64,000 bases of DNA from Ruditapes philippinarum (lineage: Eukaryota), in assembly GCF_026571515.1 (NCBI RefSeq), contig NW_026857787.1, forward strand, positions 62,001 to 126,000. The letters are read 5' to 3'. Every line of letters starts with the position of its first letter. Positions within the stretch are counted from its first letter, which is position 1. The notes under the pieces are model-generated. The model was not told the origin of the DNA and searched no databases. It saw nothing but the letters and a program-made list of their open reading frames with translations. Position numbers and translations under genes: made by a program. This document shows, piece by piece, positions 1-15,700 of the stretch.

Positions 1-516
1 AAATATCCATTGGCATGTATCGTTAAACGTTCAGTTGATAACAAGTGTGGTGATGTCTTTTTATATTTAAGGCAGTTGTTATATTTTATCCTTACATATT
101 TCATTGCCAAATATTGGTCAATGATCATTATAATTTTCTATCTTTTTTTAATACAAAGTAAATTCACCTCAACCCGACAATAAAAAATAGCATAATGTCA
201 TCAAGTGTTAGTTACATTGATCATGGAAAAAAACATGATATTGATTCAAGGTTTTAACAAATAACGTTTACCTGTAACTTTTTTTCTACATCTTATTAAC
301 ATGTATCTATTATTTACAAGATTTTATGTCGCGTTCAATGTACCCTTGTATTTATCGAAACTGTTAGCATTATACTTAAAGATTAAAAAAATCACAAGTA
401 ACAATTCAATTCATCTTATCTTATAGTTTTCTTTCAAAGAACAAAAAAGAATAGCTTATATGCTTGTACCATTTATATTGATATGATTACAGTGATTTTT
501 AATCTGTTTTATCTAG

Positions 517-723
517 ATTGCGGGAACATAACCTTGTCAAACATTTCAAATGCAAACGAGATATATTTTCTAAATGATACGAAATACGAATCATCAGCTA
601 ATATATCTTGTAACGAGGGATTCACTGTTAAAAACCAAGCTCAGACAAAAGACATATCATCCACTGTGGTAAAATGTGAAGAGAATGGAACCTGGGAGAA
701 ACTCCCTACATGTGTTAAGAAAG
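517..723 (+). CDS. Sushi exon 1 (long class)
   Basis: tctag|ATTGC...AAAG|gtaaac; DCGN...SCNEGF...KCEENGTWEKLPTC. Confidence 0.9.
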
Positions 724-3700
724 GTAAACTATACGGAATATCTTTTTGCATTTTTATTGTCGATAGGGTTATACAGAATTATGCTTCATTTTGTTTTTGT
801 GAGAGTGTAGATATAAAAAATGATTATCAAACAGTTCCGTAGAAATTTTATTATCTCTTAATATACTCGTATAAGATAATTTATCATTATTTTACGCGAG
901 ACAATGATTTAAAGCAGGGCTGTGTTTTCTTTCGAAATTGATAAAAATACCCATATTTTGATATTGAAAAGGTTGTGCATAAAAAGGCGTTGAAATTCAA
1001 TGCATACCGCACGAAATGTTACAAATGTACGATAAGTTTAAATACGATGAAATACAAACTATGACCTAAAAAATGACAAAGAAACGCCTATCATAATTCC
1101 AAATCGCCTTGGTCAATATCATTTGATTTAGTACATGTCACATTATTTGTAAACTTAAAAGCCAGTTACTAATTTATAATAAATGGATGGTGTTTTGATA
1201 AAATATGTCTACGAACACAACACAAGTGGACATCCACTCAGTTTGTTAACTATTTCCAAACATTTACTGGATCCTATTCGAAAATATTTTAAATTAATTT
1301 AAGTTTTCATGAACATAAATTAATAAGTAATTTAATATCTATACGTATGTTGGCAGATTTTCTAAAATCTATTTGTAGAGAAAAACAGTTTATTTATTTT
1401 GAAAGCAAGACTCTTCTTAACTAATCAGGGAAAAGGCATTTCAAAGCTATCTATAAATCATATTATAAACAAGTATATGTTTACCAAAAACATTTGTGAA
1501 TATCAGTATTATCAACCAATTTTTACACCAATATATCAATTGCAGGATGTAATTAATGTTTTTAAGTCGGCATCTAATTTTGTATTGAATTCAAAACTTA
1601 TTTGTTCCTTAGATTGTGGAGACATACACAATTTAAGCATAGACAATGCAGCAGTAAGGCGAAATGTAAATGGTACTTATTTCGGAGATGTAGCGGAAGT
1701 TGATTGCGATGTAGGATACTACCACCGTAATCAGACAAAGGGAATTTCAACAACAAAAATTACATGTTCTGAAACGGGGGAATGGACAGACATACCAAAC
1801 TGCAAACGCAAAGGTTCACAGCATTTTTTTTGTCTTTTAGTTTTATTAAACTTTTTAAGAATTAACGTGACATGTAATGTTCAGCACAACGTTACAATTT
1901 TTTTATAAATTCAGTTCTTAATGTAAACACTAAAATCATGTATGCACTGTCAGCTATGTTTAATCCCCTTATTTACACACATATTGGGCCTTTCTATTAA
2001 GACCACTGGTTTGAATAATACCAGTCGCAGAAACTAATTTTGTTCATCCTTCAGCGATGATCACGTTATCACAAAAAGCTTACCTTTCTACACATGAAAG
2101 AGTGTTTAAGAATAAGCTTACTGATTTTAGAATATATTAATCTTTGACATTAGTAATGAGTCAGGATAACTTACAACTAAGTAAACTTTAATGAGACTCT
2201 ATACTGTTGTTAGCTATTCTTTCTTTTTTGTTAATCTGTAAAGATTCTAAGAGCCATACAAGTAGATTAAAGGATGAAATAAAGATGTCTATATAGATGT
2301 ATATTTTTCTGCGATATGAAGGTTCTCTACGAGGGAATCTAAGCAAGAAATTGTACGCATTGATTTCCTTCAGGGACTTCGGCGGAAGTTCCCAAATTCA
2401 AATTTTTATCTTTTTATGTTAAATTTTAATGTTGAATTCTGCTGATGCTAGGGACGTCGACGGTATCTTACATTTTTAAGTACCGTCCATGTACAGACTC
2501 AATCAAACCGAGTCTGAAGCCATTTCATTTTGGCCTTTCTGGACTTTCTTAAGGGATTTTATTTCTATTTACTATACTGAGCAATAATTTTAGACATGTT
2601 GATTGCATTTCTGTAATGGAAGATGTTATGTATCAAAATTAAATTTTAGGGCTGAAAAATATATAATGATGATATTTTGCATGTTGTGGCCGTAGAGACT
2701 TAATTGAACGAAATGTAATACAATGAATTAGAAAACAACCCATACAGATTAAACATTTAAACACACCAATGACTGTTGTTTGTTGTGTGCATCACAGAAA
2801 ATGGAATGTAATTATATTTGAAATAAGTTGTTTTAATTTGGTGTACACAAGTTTTACACTTAGCTTACGGCTGGCTATATGTTTCTTTTATTGTAATAAC
2901 TGATTTTCTTCTATAATTGTAGACTGCAAGAACATTGCATGTCTGGGTCTAAATTACATAACTTTACCTGCACGTCTAAACAATGACACAATGTACAACT
3001 CTACAGCAGATGTTGATTGTAAAGAAGGTTATTATAACAAGAAGCAAAATCAAACCACTGGGATTTCAACAACAACAATGACATGTTCCGATAACGGGAC
3101 TTGGATAAACAAGCCTACGTGTGAACTTAAAGGTATAACAGATAATGAAGCCTCATGCATTTAATACATAAATGGTAGATTAGATCGATCATAGTGTTTG
3201 CAACATACTGCTAGTTTGTTTATTTTATCACATTTGATATGAAGAGAAAAAATGTTTCTTTACAGTATGGTATGTTAAGACTCACAAGTTGGACATTGTT
3301 TTCCAAAACTATACTCGTGCCTCTTAAAACACAAAATGTTTATGTGCCGTATCTTAGATTTTTTTGTGTACAAGACTTCAAAACATTTTTGAAATGATTA
3401 TAGAATGATATTCGGTCTTCTAATTAAAGGAATATAAGAACCTTTTCTAAATCTCTCTGACAATTTGACCATTCCAAAATGTCCAGGTTTAATACGTGTA
3501 ATATATACTTTTGCTAAATTATATTTATTTTCTCTTTAAAATGTTTTACTGAAAGTTTTAGACAGAGAAACATTGATAGAAATGAGAGAAAATATCAACT
3601 TTTGTCAGTGTGACCATATCAGAGATGAATTTTATTTTGTATTAGTTTGTTCAGCTTTTACTATTACATTAAGATGGCAGTTTATTCCAAAAAAGTTTTA

Positions 3701-6700
3701 TACAGTAACGTTTCAAATACATGTGCTACAATTTACTTTCTTTTATAGTCTATAAAGTTTAAATGTTTTAAATACATTTTTGTCCATCCATTCTTTTTTG
3801 CTGACTGCGAATGCTTGTTTGGGACCAATTTATAAATCATAATTATAAATTGCATGTAGAATAAAGTTCATGTAAATTGTCCAGGCACGTGTTTTGCTAA
3901 TATTAAGATATATATCTAAAATTTAATAGATTTTTTTCATTTCGATGTGTCATGTATAAACATGTATTATCTTTAAATACTTCAGGTATGTATACTTGCA
4001 TTTATATAACGAGGAACTGTAAATGTTCATGATAGACGAGGGAATGTTCTGTTCTGTTTTGTAAAAAAGTTATCTGTTGAATGTTTCAGATTGTGGACCT
4101 TTGGAAGATTTGGAAGATTTATCGAATGCTGGCCTTAGATTACTATTTTCTGAAACGAATTACAGATCGCAAGCCGCTATCACATGCGATGAAGGATATT
4201 ATGATTTAAATAAACACGATCAACCAGAAGGCATTTCAACGACAATGATAACTTGTTCTGTAAATGGAACCTGGACTGGTTTACCAATCTGCACCAAGAA
4301 AGGTGAACTTGTTTTATTCTCAATATCTTCTTTCCTGCCGTCCATCTTCCAAAATATCTATTAGACCAAATTTTAGCAAAGCCATGGATTTGAAACACAA
4401 CTGTTATGAAGGAGAGCAATGCCTATTCAATACGCATTATAATACTGCACGTTTGTAACGTCATTTTTCATTGGATAATAGTGACGTTTATATAGTTTTA
4501 TATACACGGCTGCTGTCGATTCATGAAGAAATCTTACGTTTTTTTCTATAAAAATGATGCTTGCTGTATTATAAATTCGTTATAAAGATTGTTGACAGGT
4601 TATATGGCCGTATATAAACGGCTGTTTGCAATATAACCCTCGCCTAACGGCTCGGGTTATATTTACAAACAGCCGTTTATATAGGGCCATATAACCTGTC
4701 AACGATCTTTATAACTAATAGTATATATTCATATAACGTCAAAGGTGCATTGGACCCATTAAGTGCTGAAATCAATTACATAGCATTTATTAAGTGTCAT
4801 TGGACGATTTTTAAGTATAGCAGTAGAATTTTACATTCATTATTTTTTCTCTCGATTCTGATACATATTAAATAAGAACACCGATATNNNNNNNNNNNNN
4901 NNNNNNNNNNNNNNNNNNNNNNNNNNNNNNNNNNNNNNNNNNNNNNNNNNNNNNNNNNNNNNNNNNNNNNNNNNNNNNNNNNNNNNNNNNNNNNNNNNNN
5001 NNNNNNNNNNNNNNNNGTTATTACTGTCTTCGTAAATACTTTATTCACTCCAAATACAATAGGATTTAACTCAATACAGGATTGGAGCAGTACCTCAAGA
5101 CGCTTGCAGAAATCATGATCACAAAATAGACAAATGTGATTTTTTTCGCAGAATTTCACATTTTTCATTCCTTATCGTATATAAATCGGTGTGAAAAGAT
5201 GAGTTAGACGTTTTAAAGTTCATTCCGTAAGGTAAAAAGGCGAGATTTTACCATATAATCATTCAAGTGTCTTGTCCGGTATGTACCCGGAATACTGTAT
5301 TTAATGTGATGCTCCAATCCTTTTTTCAGTCTCACTCAATACAATAATACTGTATGATCTCTTACAAATGTGATTCTTACAATTGTTCCATCAAAACAAT
5401 ATTTATATTATAAACAAGTGAGCATTGGAGGTATAAGTCGCTCGGGTCGCTCTGATTCCAACAAACACTAAGGACACCAGACGGGTCACGTTTGTTAATT
5501 ATATCGGAGTATACTTTAATGAAACAGTTAAACGAAATCACATGTATCCCGCAATATGTAAACCGAAAAATGTTTAACCTCGTTAACGAAGATATGTACA
5601 GACCACGGTAAACTACATAATGATTTAATATTATATATAACTAGCTTCTTTATGACAAAAATTGGCACCGTACAAATAAACAAGATGACAGAAGAGATTA
5701 CAACGCTTGGGGAATCGGGTATAATTCCGTCAGATATGATAAACATTTCATATGGTTAGATTAAGCCTTATACGGGACAAGGTAAAAATCTTAGCACTAA
5801 GAGCAAAATGAATAATGGATAAACTTTTACTCTGTGCCAATGGGTGACTATCAGCTGTCAAACGCGATAAGTTATCTGAAAGTATCGATAGCCATAATGA
5901 TAGCCTCCAAGTACCACTTAGTATTGAAAATAATCCAGGCCACCAACTTTATCACTGCATTGGTTTTAACATGAACACCATTGTTTCACCCTGGGATAGC
6001 AACGCAATACGCATACGCACATATTGTTTAGCCAAGTATTGGGTGGGGGGAAATATCTCTCAACAATAGCTCAAATCTTAAACAAAATATCTTCCACAAT
6101 GGCAGTGTCATCAAGTATGAATAAAATCTACATACATTTCGCCATTTACATTTATGACAGTAGACACTGCATAGGGTGATATAAACCTTGTAAGGTACAT
6201 GAGTCAATAACGCAACATGTCCTCATTCCACACCTATTCAACTCTGTTACGAATGAGAAAACATTTACAGACTACTATGATGAGGCATTTTTAGATTAAT
6301 GATTCAACTTCATTGATAAGCACATCTAATTTGATCTTAAAATAAATATTTGCAACAAATGGTAGTTTGTGGCGCGTATATCCTTCCAATGCTTGATTTT
6401 TGTTGTAAGGTTTGGGGAAGGGCAGTTACATAAATAAAGTGGACATTCAAAAAAAGAGAACTGCCAACATAATCAGTCGCTCATAAGGATAGGGTACTTA
6501 AAACTATACCCCATACTAATAATTTAAAGCATTCGTCATCTTATGTCAGCATTACTGTGTTTTGAAACAAATAAAGTATTACTATCTTATAATGTTTGAC
6601 ATCACTATCTTTCAAAAAAAGCTTTAAAATTCATTTTTACATTACAATTAGATAAACAATGAATTTACCACTTTATATTGATATTATCATTAATTGTAAT

Positions 6701-9700
6701 GGTTTATCTGTAATTACTTTGATTAATACGAATGTAAATCTGATAAATGAATTAAAATATCTTACATTTACCTATAATAGAATATATTTGATTGTTTTTA
6801 AGAAAGAATAATTTCAAATTTTGTATAGATCTGTATTTTTCTTTTGTAATAACAGTTACTCTTTTATTATTATTGTAAAATAAGAAGACCGTACTAAAAT
6901 ATATACATGTATATGTATGCATGCTCTATCTTTAGATTGTGGTGACGTTAACAAAGAACATATAGATCATGCAGCAAGCATAAATCAGGATAATGGTACC
7001 ACGTTCAAATCAACTGCAAACGTACATTGTGATGAAGGCTATTATATCAAGGGTCAAACTCAATTGATGGAGATATCAACAAGAACAATAACATGCTCTA
7101 AAACGGGAAAGTGGACAGACATGCCGATCTGCATTCCTAAAGGTATCAGTGCAATATTGTAGATCTTTCTTACCACAATTATGCTAGTTGAATCCCTTTC
7201 TGATGTGTCAAAAGTGTCACAATGGATTCCAACCAATCATTAGCAATATAATTCTAACAAAATAATGTTGGAATATTTGATTTCACAAGAACAAAAAGTG
7301 ATTTATGTATAAGACAATTAAAATGTCTATCAGTTTTATAGTACTGTAATAGTAAAATGTAAAACACGGTATTATATATATGTACAACAACAACAACAAT
7401 AACAACAGCAACAACAGGTATTTAGTACTGTAAATACAAAAATGTATAAAAAAAAGGTTTAGTAATTTAATGTAATACAAATAAAACATATTGCTCACTA
7501 GAATTTGTCTCATTTGATTGTCATAATTTTATTCGCCTATTCATTGAATGTGCTGTTTCATATTTCAGATTGTGGAAGTTTACAAAACATAACTATGATG
7601 AACGCAGGTTCCAGAATGCCCATAAATGGAACCAACTATACAGCGATCGCCAATGTTAGCTGTGATGTGGGATTTAAAGATAAAGATGAAACACAGGTGC
7701 CGGGAGTTACAGGCAAGATTATCAGATGTAATGAAAGTGGAGTGTGGGACAATTTACCAAAATGTGTCCGAAAAGGTAAACATATATTTAATATCATGAA
7801 AAAGAAATACGCGAGATATGTGTTAATATTGGTACCCAACAGTCATGTTAATATAGTGAAGGTAACATTATTTTTGTGTAAGATAATTAAAAATAGCTCA
7901 TTTAATAGTTAATGTAAAACGAAACTTATTTAGTTAGAATTGAAATAATTATGTGATAGTTTACATAAAACGATTAAAAGAACTATCTTAATCAGGGTAA
8001 GTATATGAAGTTCCGCTAAGGGGAGTTAATTTGAGAGCAAAACTGGATAAACAAAGCAAATGAGTCTTACTTTAATATCGAGTTATCAATGACTTTGATT
8101 GCTTAAAATTATATCTATTGCTTTCAAGAGATTTGCTTGCGATCATTGAACCAATTTGATAAGATAAACGCACATATGAGTTTATAAAGATACCCTACTT
8201 GTATGTATTTAAGGATATGATACATGTACTTAGTATGCTATAATCAGTCACCAATTTTATGTAGACATTTTACACATTGTCATATGATGGACCGACAACA
8301 GCAGATAATACAACAACAACAACAACAAATACAAAAATTCAATAAATCAAGTTTATTACTCGTATTTACAAAAGAATTGAAATATCTACAAATGGAGAAA
8401 TGAAATGAAAATAAAATTCATTTCATAGACTAAAGCCTGTCATTTACTTTAAGGGAAAGTCGTACACTTTGAAATAAATCCTATACCTTGCACTTACAGT
8501 AACACGTTGTAGTGATACCAAAGTATACTGATACCCATAAAGATACCTATCACAAATTACGTATTGTTCTTGCAACCTCCATGCTGGCTTCTATGTTAAA
8601 TGTTAGCTTTTCTGATCTGACATCAGAAAGATCCAAAAATCACGAAATCAATACGAAAAGTAGGTGTTCGCTTTGAACAGACAGCACGAAAAATCCTTTA
8701 ACTTCATTTGCTGTCTGTAATCGTCAAAAGCGTAGCTCCCACCCTCTTTTGTATACGAGTCGTTATACCTGACACTATCTTCCGGTAATGAAATGTTCCT
8801 AGCCGTCTTTGCCGTATCGTGTCGGGATGGTACACTAGGATCGCTGGTTATCGACATACATGTATAGTCGTCCTTGCTGTATCGTGTCAGGATCGTACAC
8901 TTGGATTGCTGGTTATCGTCATGTTGCCGTCCTTGCTGTATTGTGTCGAGATAGTAGACTAGGATCGCTGGTTATCGTCAAGTAGCCGTCCTTGCTGTAT
9001 AGTATCAGGTTCGTACACTATGATCGCCGGTTATTGTCAAGTAACCGCCCTTGCTGTATCGTGTCGGGATAGTACACTAGGATCGCTGGTTATCGTCAAG
9101 AAGCCGTCCTAGCTGTATCGTGACAGGACCGTACACTAGGATCGCTGGTTATCGTCGAGTAGCCTTCCTTGCTTATCGTATCGGGATCGTACACTAGGAT
9201 CGCTGGTTATCGTCAAATAGCCGTCCTCCCTGTATCGTGTCGGGATAGTACACTAGGATCGCTGGTTATCGTCAAGAAGCCGTCCTAGCTGTATCGTGAC
9301 AGGATCGTACACTTGGATTGCTGGTTATCGTCAAGAAGCCGTCCTTGTTGTATCGTGTCGGGATAGTACACTATGATCGCCAGTTATTGTCAAGTAACCG
9401 CCCTTGCTGTATCGTGTCGGGATAATAAACTAGGATCGCCGGTTATCGTCAAGTAGCCGTCCTTGCTATATCGTTTCGTGATAGAACACTAGGATCGCTG
9501 GTTTTCATCAAGTAGCCGTCCTTGCTGTATTGTGTCGGGATAGTACACAAGGATCGCCGGTTATCGTCAAGAAGCCGTCCTTGCTGTATCGTGTCGGGAT
9601 AATACACTAGGATCGCTGGTTATCGTCAAGTAGCGTCCTTGCTGTATCGTGTCGGGATAGTACACTAGGATTGCCGGTCATCGTCAAGAAGCCGTCCTTG

Positions 9701-12700
9701 CTGTATCGTGTCGTGATAGTACACTAGGATCGCCGGTTATCGTCAAGTAGCCGTCCTTGCTGTATTGTGTCGGGATCGTATAGTAGGATCGCTGGTTATC
9801 GTTAAGCAGCCGTCCTTGCTGTATCGTGTCGGGATAGTACACTAGGAATGCTGGTTATGTCAAGAAGCCGTCCGTGTTGTATCGTGTCGGGATAGTACAC
9901 TAGGATCGCTGGTTATCGTCAAGTAGCCGTCCTTGCTGTATCGTGTCAGAACAGTACACTAGGATCGCTGGTTAACGTCAAGTAGCCGTCCTTGCTGTAT
10001 CGTGCCGGGATAGTACACTAAGATTGCTGGTTACCGTCAAGAAGCCGTCCTTGCTGTATCGTGTCGGGATAATACACTAGGATCGCCGGTTATCGTCAAG
10101 TAGCCGTCCTCACTGTATCGTGTCAGAACAGTACACTACGATCGCTAGTTATCGTCAAGTAGCCGTCCTTGCAGTATCGTGTCGGGATAGTACAGTAGGA
10201 TTGCTGGTTATCGTCAAGAAGCCGTCCTAGCTGTATCGTGTCGGGATAGTACACTAGGATCGCCGGTATCGTCAAGAAGCCGTCCTTCAGTATCGTGTCG
10301 TGATAGTACACTAGGATCGCCGGTTATCGTCAAGTAGCTGTCCTTGCTGTATCGTGTCGAGATAGTAGACTACGGTCGCTGGTTATCGTCAAGTAGCCGT
10401 CCTTGCTGTATTGTGTCAGGATCGTACACAAGGATCACTGGTTATCGTCAAGTAGCATTCCTTGCTGTATCGTGTCGTGATAGTACACTAGGAACGCTTG
10501 TTATCGTCTAGTAGCTTTTCTTGCTGTATCGTGTCAAGACCGTACCTTAGGATCGCTGGTTATCGTAAAGTAGCCGTCCTTGCTGCATCGTGTCGGGATA
10601 GTACACAAGGATCGCTGGTTATCGTTAAGTAGCTGTCATTGCTGAATAGTGTCAGGATAGTACTCTAGGATCGCTGGTTATCGTACAGTAGCCGTCTTTG
10701 CTGTATCGTGTCGGGATAGTACACTAGGATCACTGGTTATCGTCATGTAGCCGTCCTTGCTGTATCGGGTCAGAATCGGGCTTTTCAGACTTTCAACTGC
10801 TATAATCATTGACCAAGTTGTGGAGTCTAGCCCTGGGTCGAATACTTGAGATATAAAGCACCACAAGTCATATAATACTATAAAGCATTGGGCATAAATT
10901 TGCCCAATGTGGTACATCGTACCTTCACTGGTTCCTACAGTTAACGTTTCAAGTAATAAAGATTAGGTGTTACGGTAGTCACTGCTTGTCACCGAATTGT
11001 CACTGTTAATGATATATGAAAGTTGTTTCATTAATTAGTAAACCTGATGTTAAGTAATGACTAATAATTATAACAAGCACCTTGCAGCTAGTACAATCTT
11101 GCAATAAGATTTATGAATGAACATGCATACATGAATACCAAGATGTATAACGGACAAATATAATAACAGCGTTCCATATTTTAAATAATACATCATAATA
11201 AAACTCTGCCAATGGTACAACAAATGTATGTATGTACATTTCCAAAAGTATTTTCAAGTTAAAAGAAACTCTAGATTCTTCTCCCGCAAGCTATCTTTGT
11301 AAAGCAAAACAATTTACGTCAATCTGTAATGATGAAGAAGGAATCATCTGAGGGTTTTCTGCTTTGTCACGTGATAAAATAAATTTTAGTTACTGAACGG
11401 AATTAAAAGATTTTTACATGGAAATGCAAGTTAAGATAACAAGAAATGATACACTATAATAAATCGACATCTAGGATTTATAACACCCTTTCAGAATAAA
11501 ACCTGGAAATTTGCTACTATGTATATATATTGAAAATAGGGCCCGTATGACAATGTCTTTCGTGACACATACAACCTGATAAGCACATGCACTAAATTAT
11601 GCGAGGACCGAAATATTTGAAACGTTTTGAAACATAAAGTTGTTATAAACATCATTGTATAGATAAGCTTTACTGAACTGATTAAATAAAATAAGATGTA
11701 ATGGTATAAATACACTTTATATGGTGTTAATGGTAAGGTGCTTTTTTAAAGATCGCACTTATTTCAAACAACAACCAAACCAAAACTAACTAAAAGGGTG
11801 CAGTTGGTATAAAAATGCTTATTTGGCAGGATATCCTTTAACTTTGAAAATAAGCCTGTCTCTCGGTACTACGCCATTATTTTTTTTACAGCCTAAATTT
11901 ACTTGAAAGTAAGCCGGCCAGAAATAAGACTTTGATAGCATTACACCTAGATTGTATAGTTAACTGATATATGTATAAGGAATATAATTTATTAGACTGC
12001 GTGGTGTATAAAGCATGTGTTATGTTGAGATAAAGTTATGAACAGTTTTAAAAGATCGCCGTTTTGTTTTGTGTGTGGTTTTTGTTTCGATTTTTTTATT
12101 TTTTTAAGTTTCTGTAAACTAATCTATTTATAGACTGTGGTAACGTCAAAGATCTGAACCTCAACAACACAAATGAAACAGTACAACGGCATAATGACAC
12201 CAAGTTTAACTCTACAGCAGACGTGAAATGTCTGGAGGGATATTTCGATAACAACACACAATCACAAACAACTAGCATATCAACAACAACAATTCGTTGT
12301 TCGGATGAAGGGAAGTGGATTAACTTACCTCTCTGTGTACGCAAAGGTATCCACACATTTTAAATCTCCTTGTTGCCATATCAAATTGTGTTATTGTGCT
12401 TTATTTATGCTTATAATTAAAATCTATTAAAAACAAATAATATTCAATATAAAATTTTATCTATTTCTCTAGTATATTCACATTATTTTTATTTTCTGTA
12501 AGCTTAAGACAATTTGATTTTATCGCATAACGTAACGTCATATGCGCTAAACGTATGAAATGATGAAAGTTCTCGGTATTTTTAAATCATGCAAGAACAT
12601 ATAAATTTTATAGCTGTAAACTGTTGTTCGTACATTTAAAATTTATTGTCACTTTATTGTACAGATTCATTACAAAAAATATTGACTGATTACTGAACGT

Positions 12701-15700
12701 TATCATACTCGCCAGAAATTTGAAAATTAAAATCTTATTGAACTTACTAAATACATTGTATATATTTTATGAAAAGAATATTCTTCCGACATCATCTATA
12801 TAGAGCAAACGAAGAAGACAGAGTGACATGAATTACACTTCCGGTATGAATTCAGTTCCCTGAAAACATTACACTTCCTCTTTAAATGTCCGATTACTTG
12901 AAGACGTTAGAATAAATTTTTAATTTTTTAAATGTATTTTTAAAACCCATTTTATTTTTTTTCGGGGACTGTGGGGGTTTATTTTATAAATATACCAAAG
13001 AAAAAAAATTTTAAAAGCTTTTTAAAACGGACGAAGTACATTTCCCCGTTGAAAAATTATCAGCTGTGTTTGGGGGAAATACAGGGAAACAGGAGAACAG
13101 ACGGAGGGAAATATCAAAAAAACAGAAATAAAAAATGTACAAAGGGGACTGGGAATTGTCTAATATACCGACTTGTATCAGAAAAGGTTTGGGCTTTATT
13201 TACGAACATACAATTAGTTTAATTGTTTTCAATTTTAAGTTTAAACATTGTATTTCAACTGATGATTACTTCATTTCATTTTACATTGAATGTACAACAA
13301 AATATACAAGAGTGGAAAAGGCAAAATCTTATAAAGGTCTTTTATCACAGGCACTGGATATGTAGACACCATTCTTTTACGCCCTTGAACATTAAAAACT
13401 AATACTATTTTGTACAAGTACTAGTCTTAACTTGTGTGACATTGTAAAAACTTTAAAAAACAATTTTTAAAACTAATTTCAAAATTTTTAAATTTTAAAA
13501 AGCATGCCCTTTTATTTTTTGTTCAATAGCCCCAGTATATAATATATCATGAGGTGTAAATAACCGACATATTAGCATAGAGTTATATTAATAAAAATTC
13601 ACGTAACGTTATTCAAGTACTTCATCTATAACTTCAACCACTTTTGACAATAGCCACAAGATATTCATTTTTCTAAACATTTTTTTCGAAACAATGCAAT
13701 CCAATAAAATACAATACACATAAATATGATGTTATAAGTGATATATTATATGATATGTGATATATGATATATGCGATATTTTATATATGATATTGAAACA
13801 AATAAATATACTGTTATCTATATTAATTTTTTTTTATGTACAGATTGTGGAAATATATCTATCCTTAATGTGAGTCATGCCCAGGTACGATACCAGAACA
13901 ATGGTACAAAGTATGAGTCAACGGGCGAGATTGTGTGTGATGAAGGATACTACAACCAGGAAGTCGGTCAAACGACTGGAACCTCAACAACAAACATTAC
14001 ATGTACTCATACAGGGAAATGGCAGAATGTGTCCGAATGTATACCAAAAGGTGAAATTATTAGATGATAAATTTTATTTTTTTGTAAAAGTAAATGACAT
14101 TTTATAGAGCAAAGTCATGAAATATTGAATGGGTTCTGTTCAGAAGCAAAGTTTTATAATAACAAAGGCCATATACTAGACCTTAAAAAATAAATATTAT
14201 AGGTTAAGGTTATTTTGAATCAAGAATAAATATCATTCACTTTCAAAAATAAATTGAATATGTAGTTTTTTATTTCTATTCATAACGTTACGTTTGTGTT
14301 TCACATGCATAAATTTGATCATGTTCTAATTAATCTCTAATCGATCTACAAAAAAACAACAGAATGCAATTAAATAATGTTTATATGCACGTACTTAAAT
14401 ACATGTACTGTTTTATTATGTAAAATCTATGTATTGTTTGTTTTTTAACAATATTAAGCTACGGTTGAAACGGTTGGAAAAAAAAGAGCTAGATGTGTTT
14501 AATGAATTCGAAGAAAAACAAATCTGCAAAGGAAATGTTATGAACCCACCATTTAAGCATCATATCATATTTTGAAGTAAACTGTTTTGAATTCGTAACA
14601 TCTTTGATTTACCTGACACTTTATGAATGATATTGTGTTAAAGTTTAGCACATTGTGTTGATGTACTGATTTTTGTTTCCGGTCAACACTTCTGTCTTTC
14701 CTGATGTATTAGAAATATTATGCATAGATGTGTTGAGCATTATGACAACGAGTCCGGCGCAAAAATCTGGTCCCAGCTCAAAGGTCAAGGTCACATTTAA
14801 TTTAAAAAATTATGATATTACTGTTTTAATAAAAGGGCACTTATGGTCATCATTTAACGATGGCTTTAAAAATAACTTGGCATATATATGTTGTACATTA
14901 TGACTACATGTCGCATAGAAAAAGGATTGCCAGCTCAAATGTCAAGGTCAATTTTTTATTTACAAATCATGATATAATATTCATAGTGCACTGATGTTTG
15001 TGTCCGGTCAACAATTATGTCAGTTTTGATGGATTTTAAAATGACTTGCCTAAATGTGTAAGACGTGATGAATACTGATGATGACTTGTGTTGCGCTTAG
15101 GATCCACGTCTCCAGTTAAAAGGTCAAGGTTACACCTTGTTAGTCAAATGTTGTAATTGTGATCAGATGTTCTTCTTTTGAGCATATATTTTGCTATTAA
15201 GGATGGAATTTGGAATAGATATTCACAGATATGTTGCTAATGAAGATGACATGTTGTCAACACATTTCGCAGCATCGCAACTGCAAAATTCACACTAGAA
15301 TGGCAAGGGTCATGATATGACAGTACATTGAGTGTCATATCCAGAACATATCTATGACATTCAGTTACAGCTTTTACAATAATTTGGTACTTTAAAGCAA
15401 TTTGTGCTGCCTGAGAATAAATGTAAAGCTTTAAGACCAAAGTCACTCACTCTAAGACTTTTAAGGGTTCCCTTATATAAAAAGAAATATTGGTCATATA
15501 TTAAGACATCAATTTTGTTTTACATTCACGGAATTTTAAATACCTAGGCCTACTTTTGTAGCATTATGACATTTTGTAACACGCAAAGATCACAGGTCAA
15601 GAGCTAGAAAGATTTAAAATACACTTAGATATCAAGGTTGCACTTTGGTTTTTAAACAATTGGGCACACGTAGAATATGATAAAGTATTTTTAATGTTTC

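Noticed and set aside
8800-10770. CRISPR-like array
   Set aside because: Units are contiguous with no unique spacers, there are no cas genes, and the context is a eukaryotic intron.
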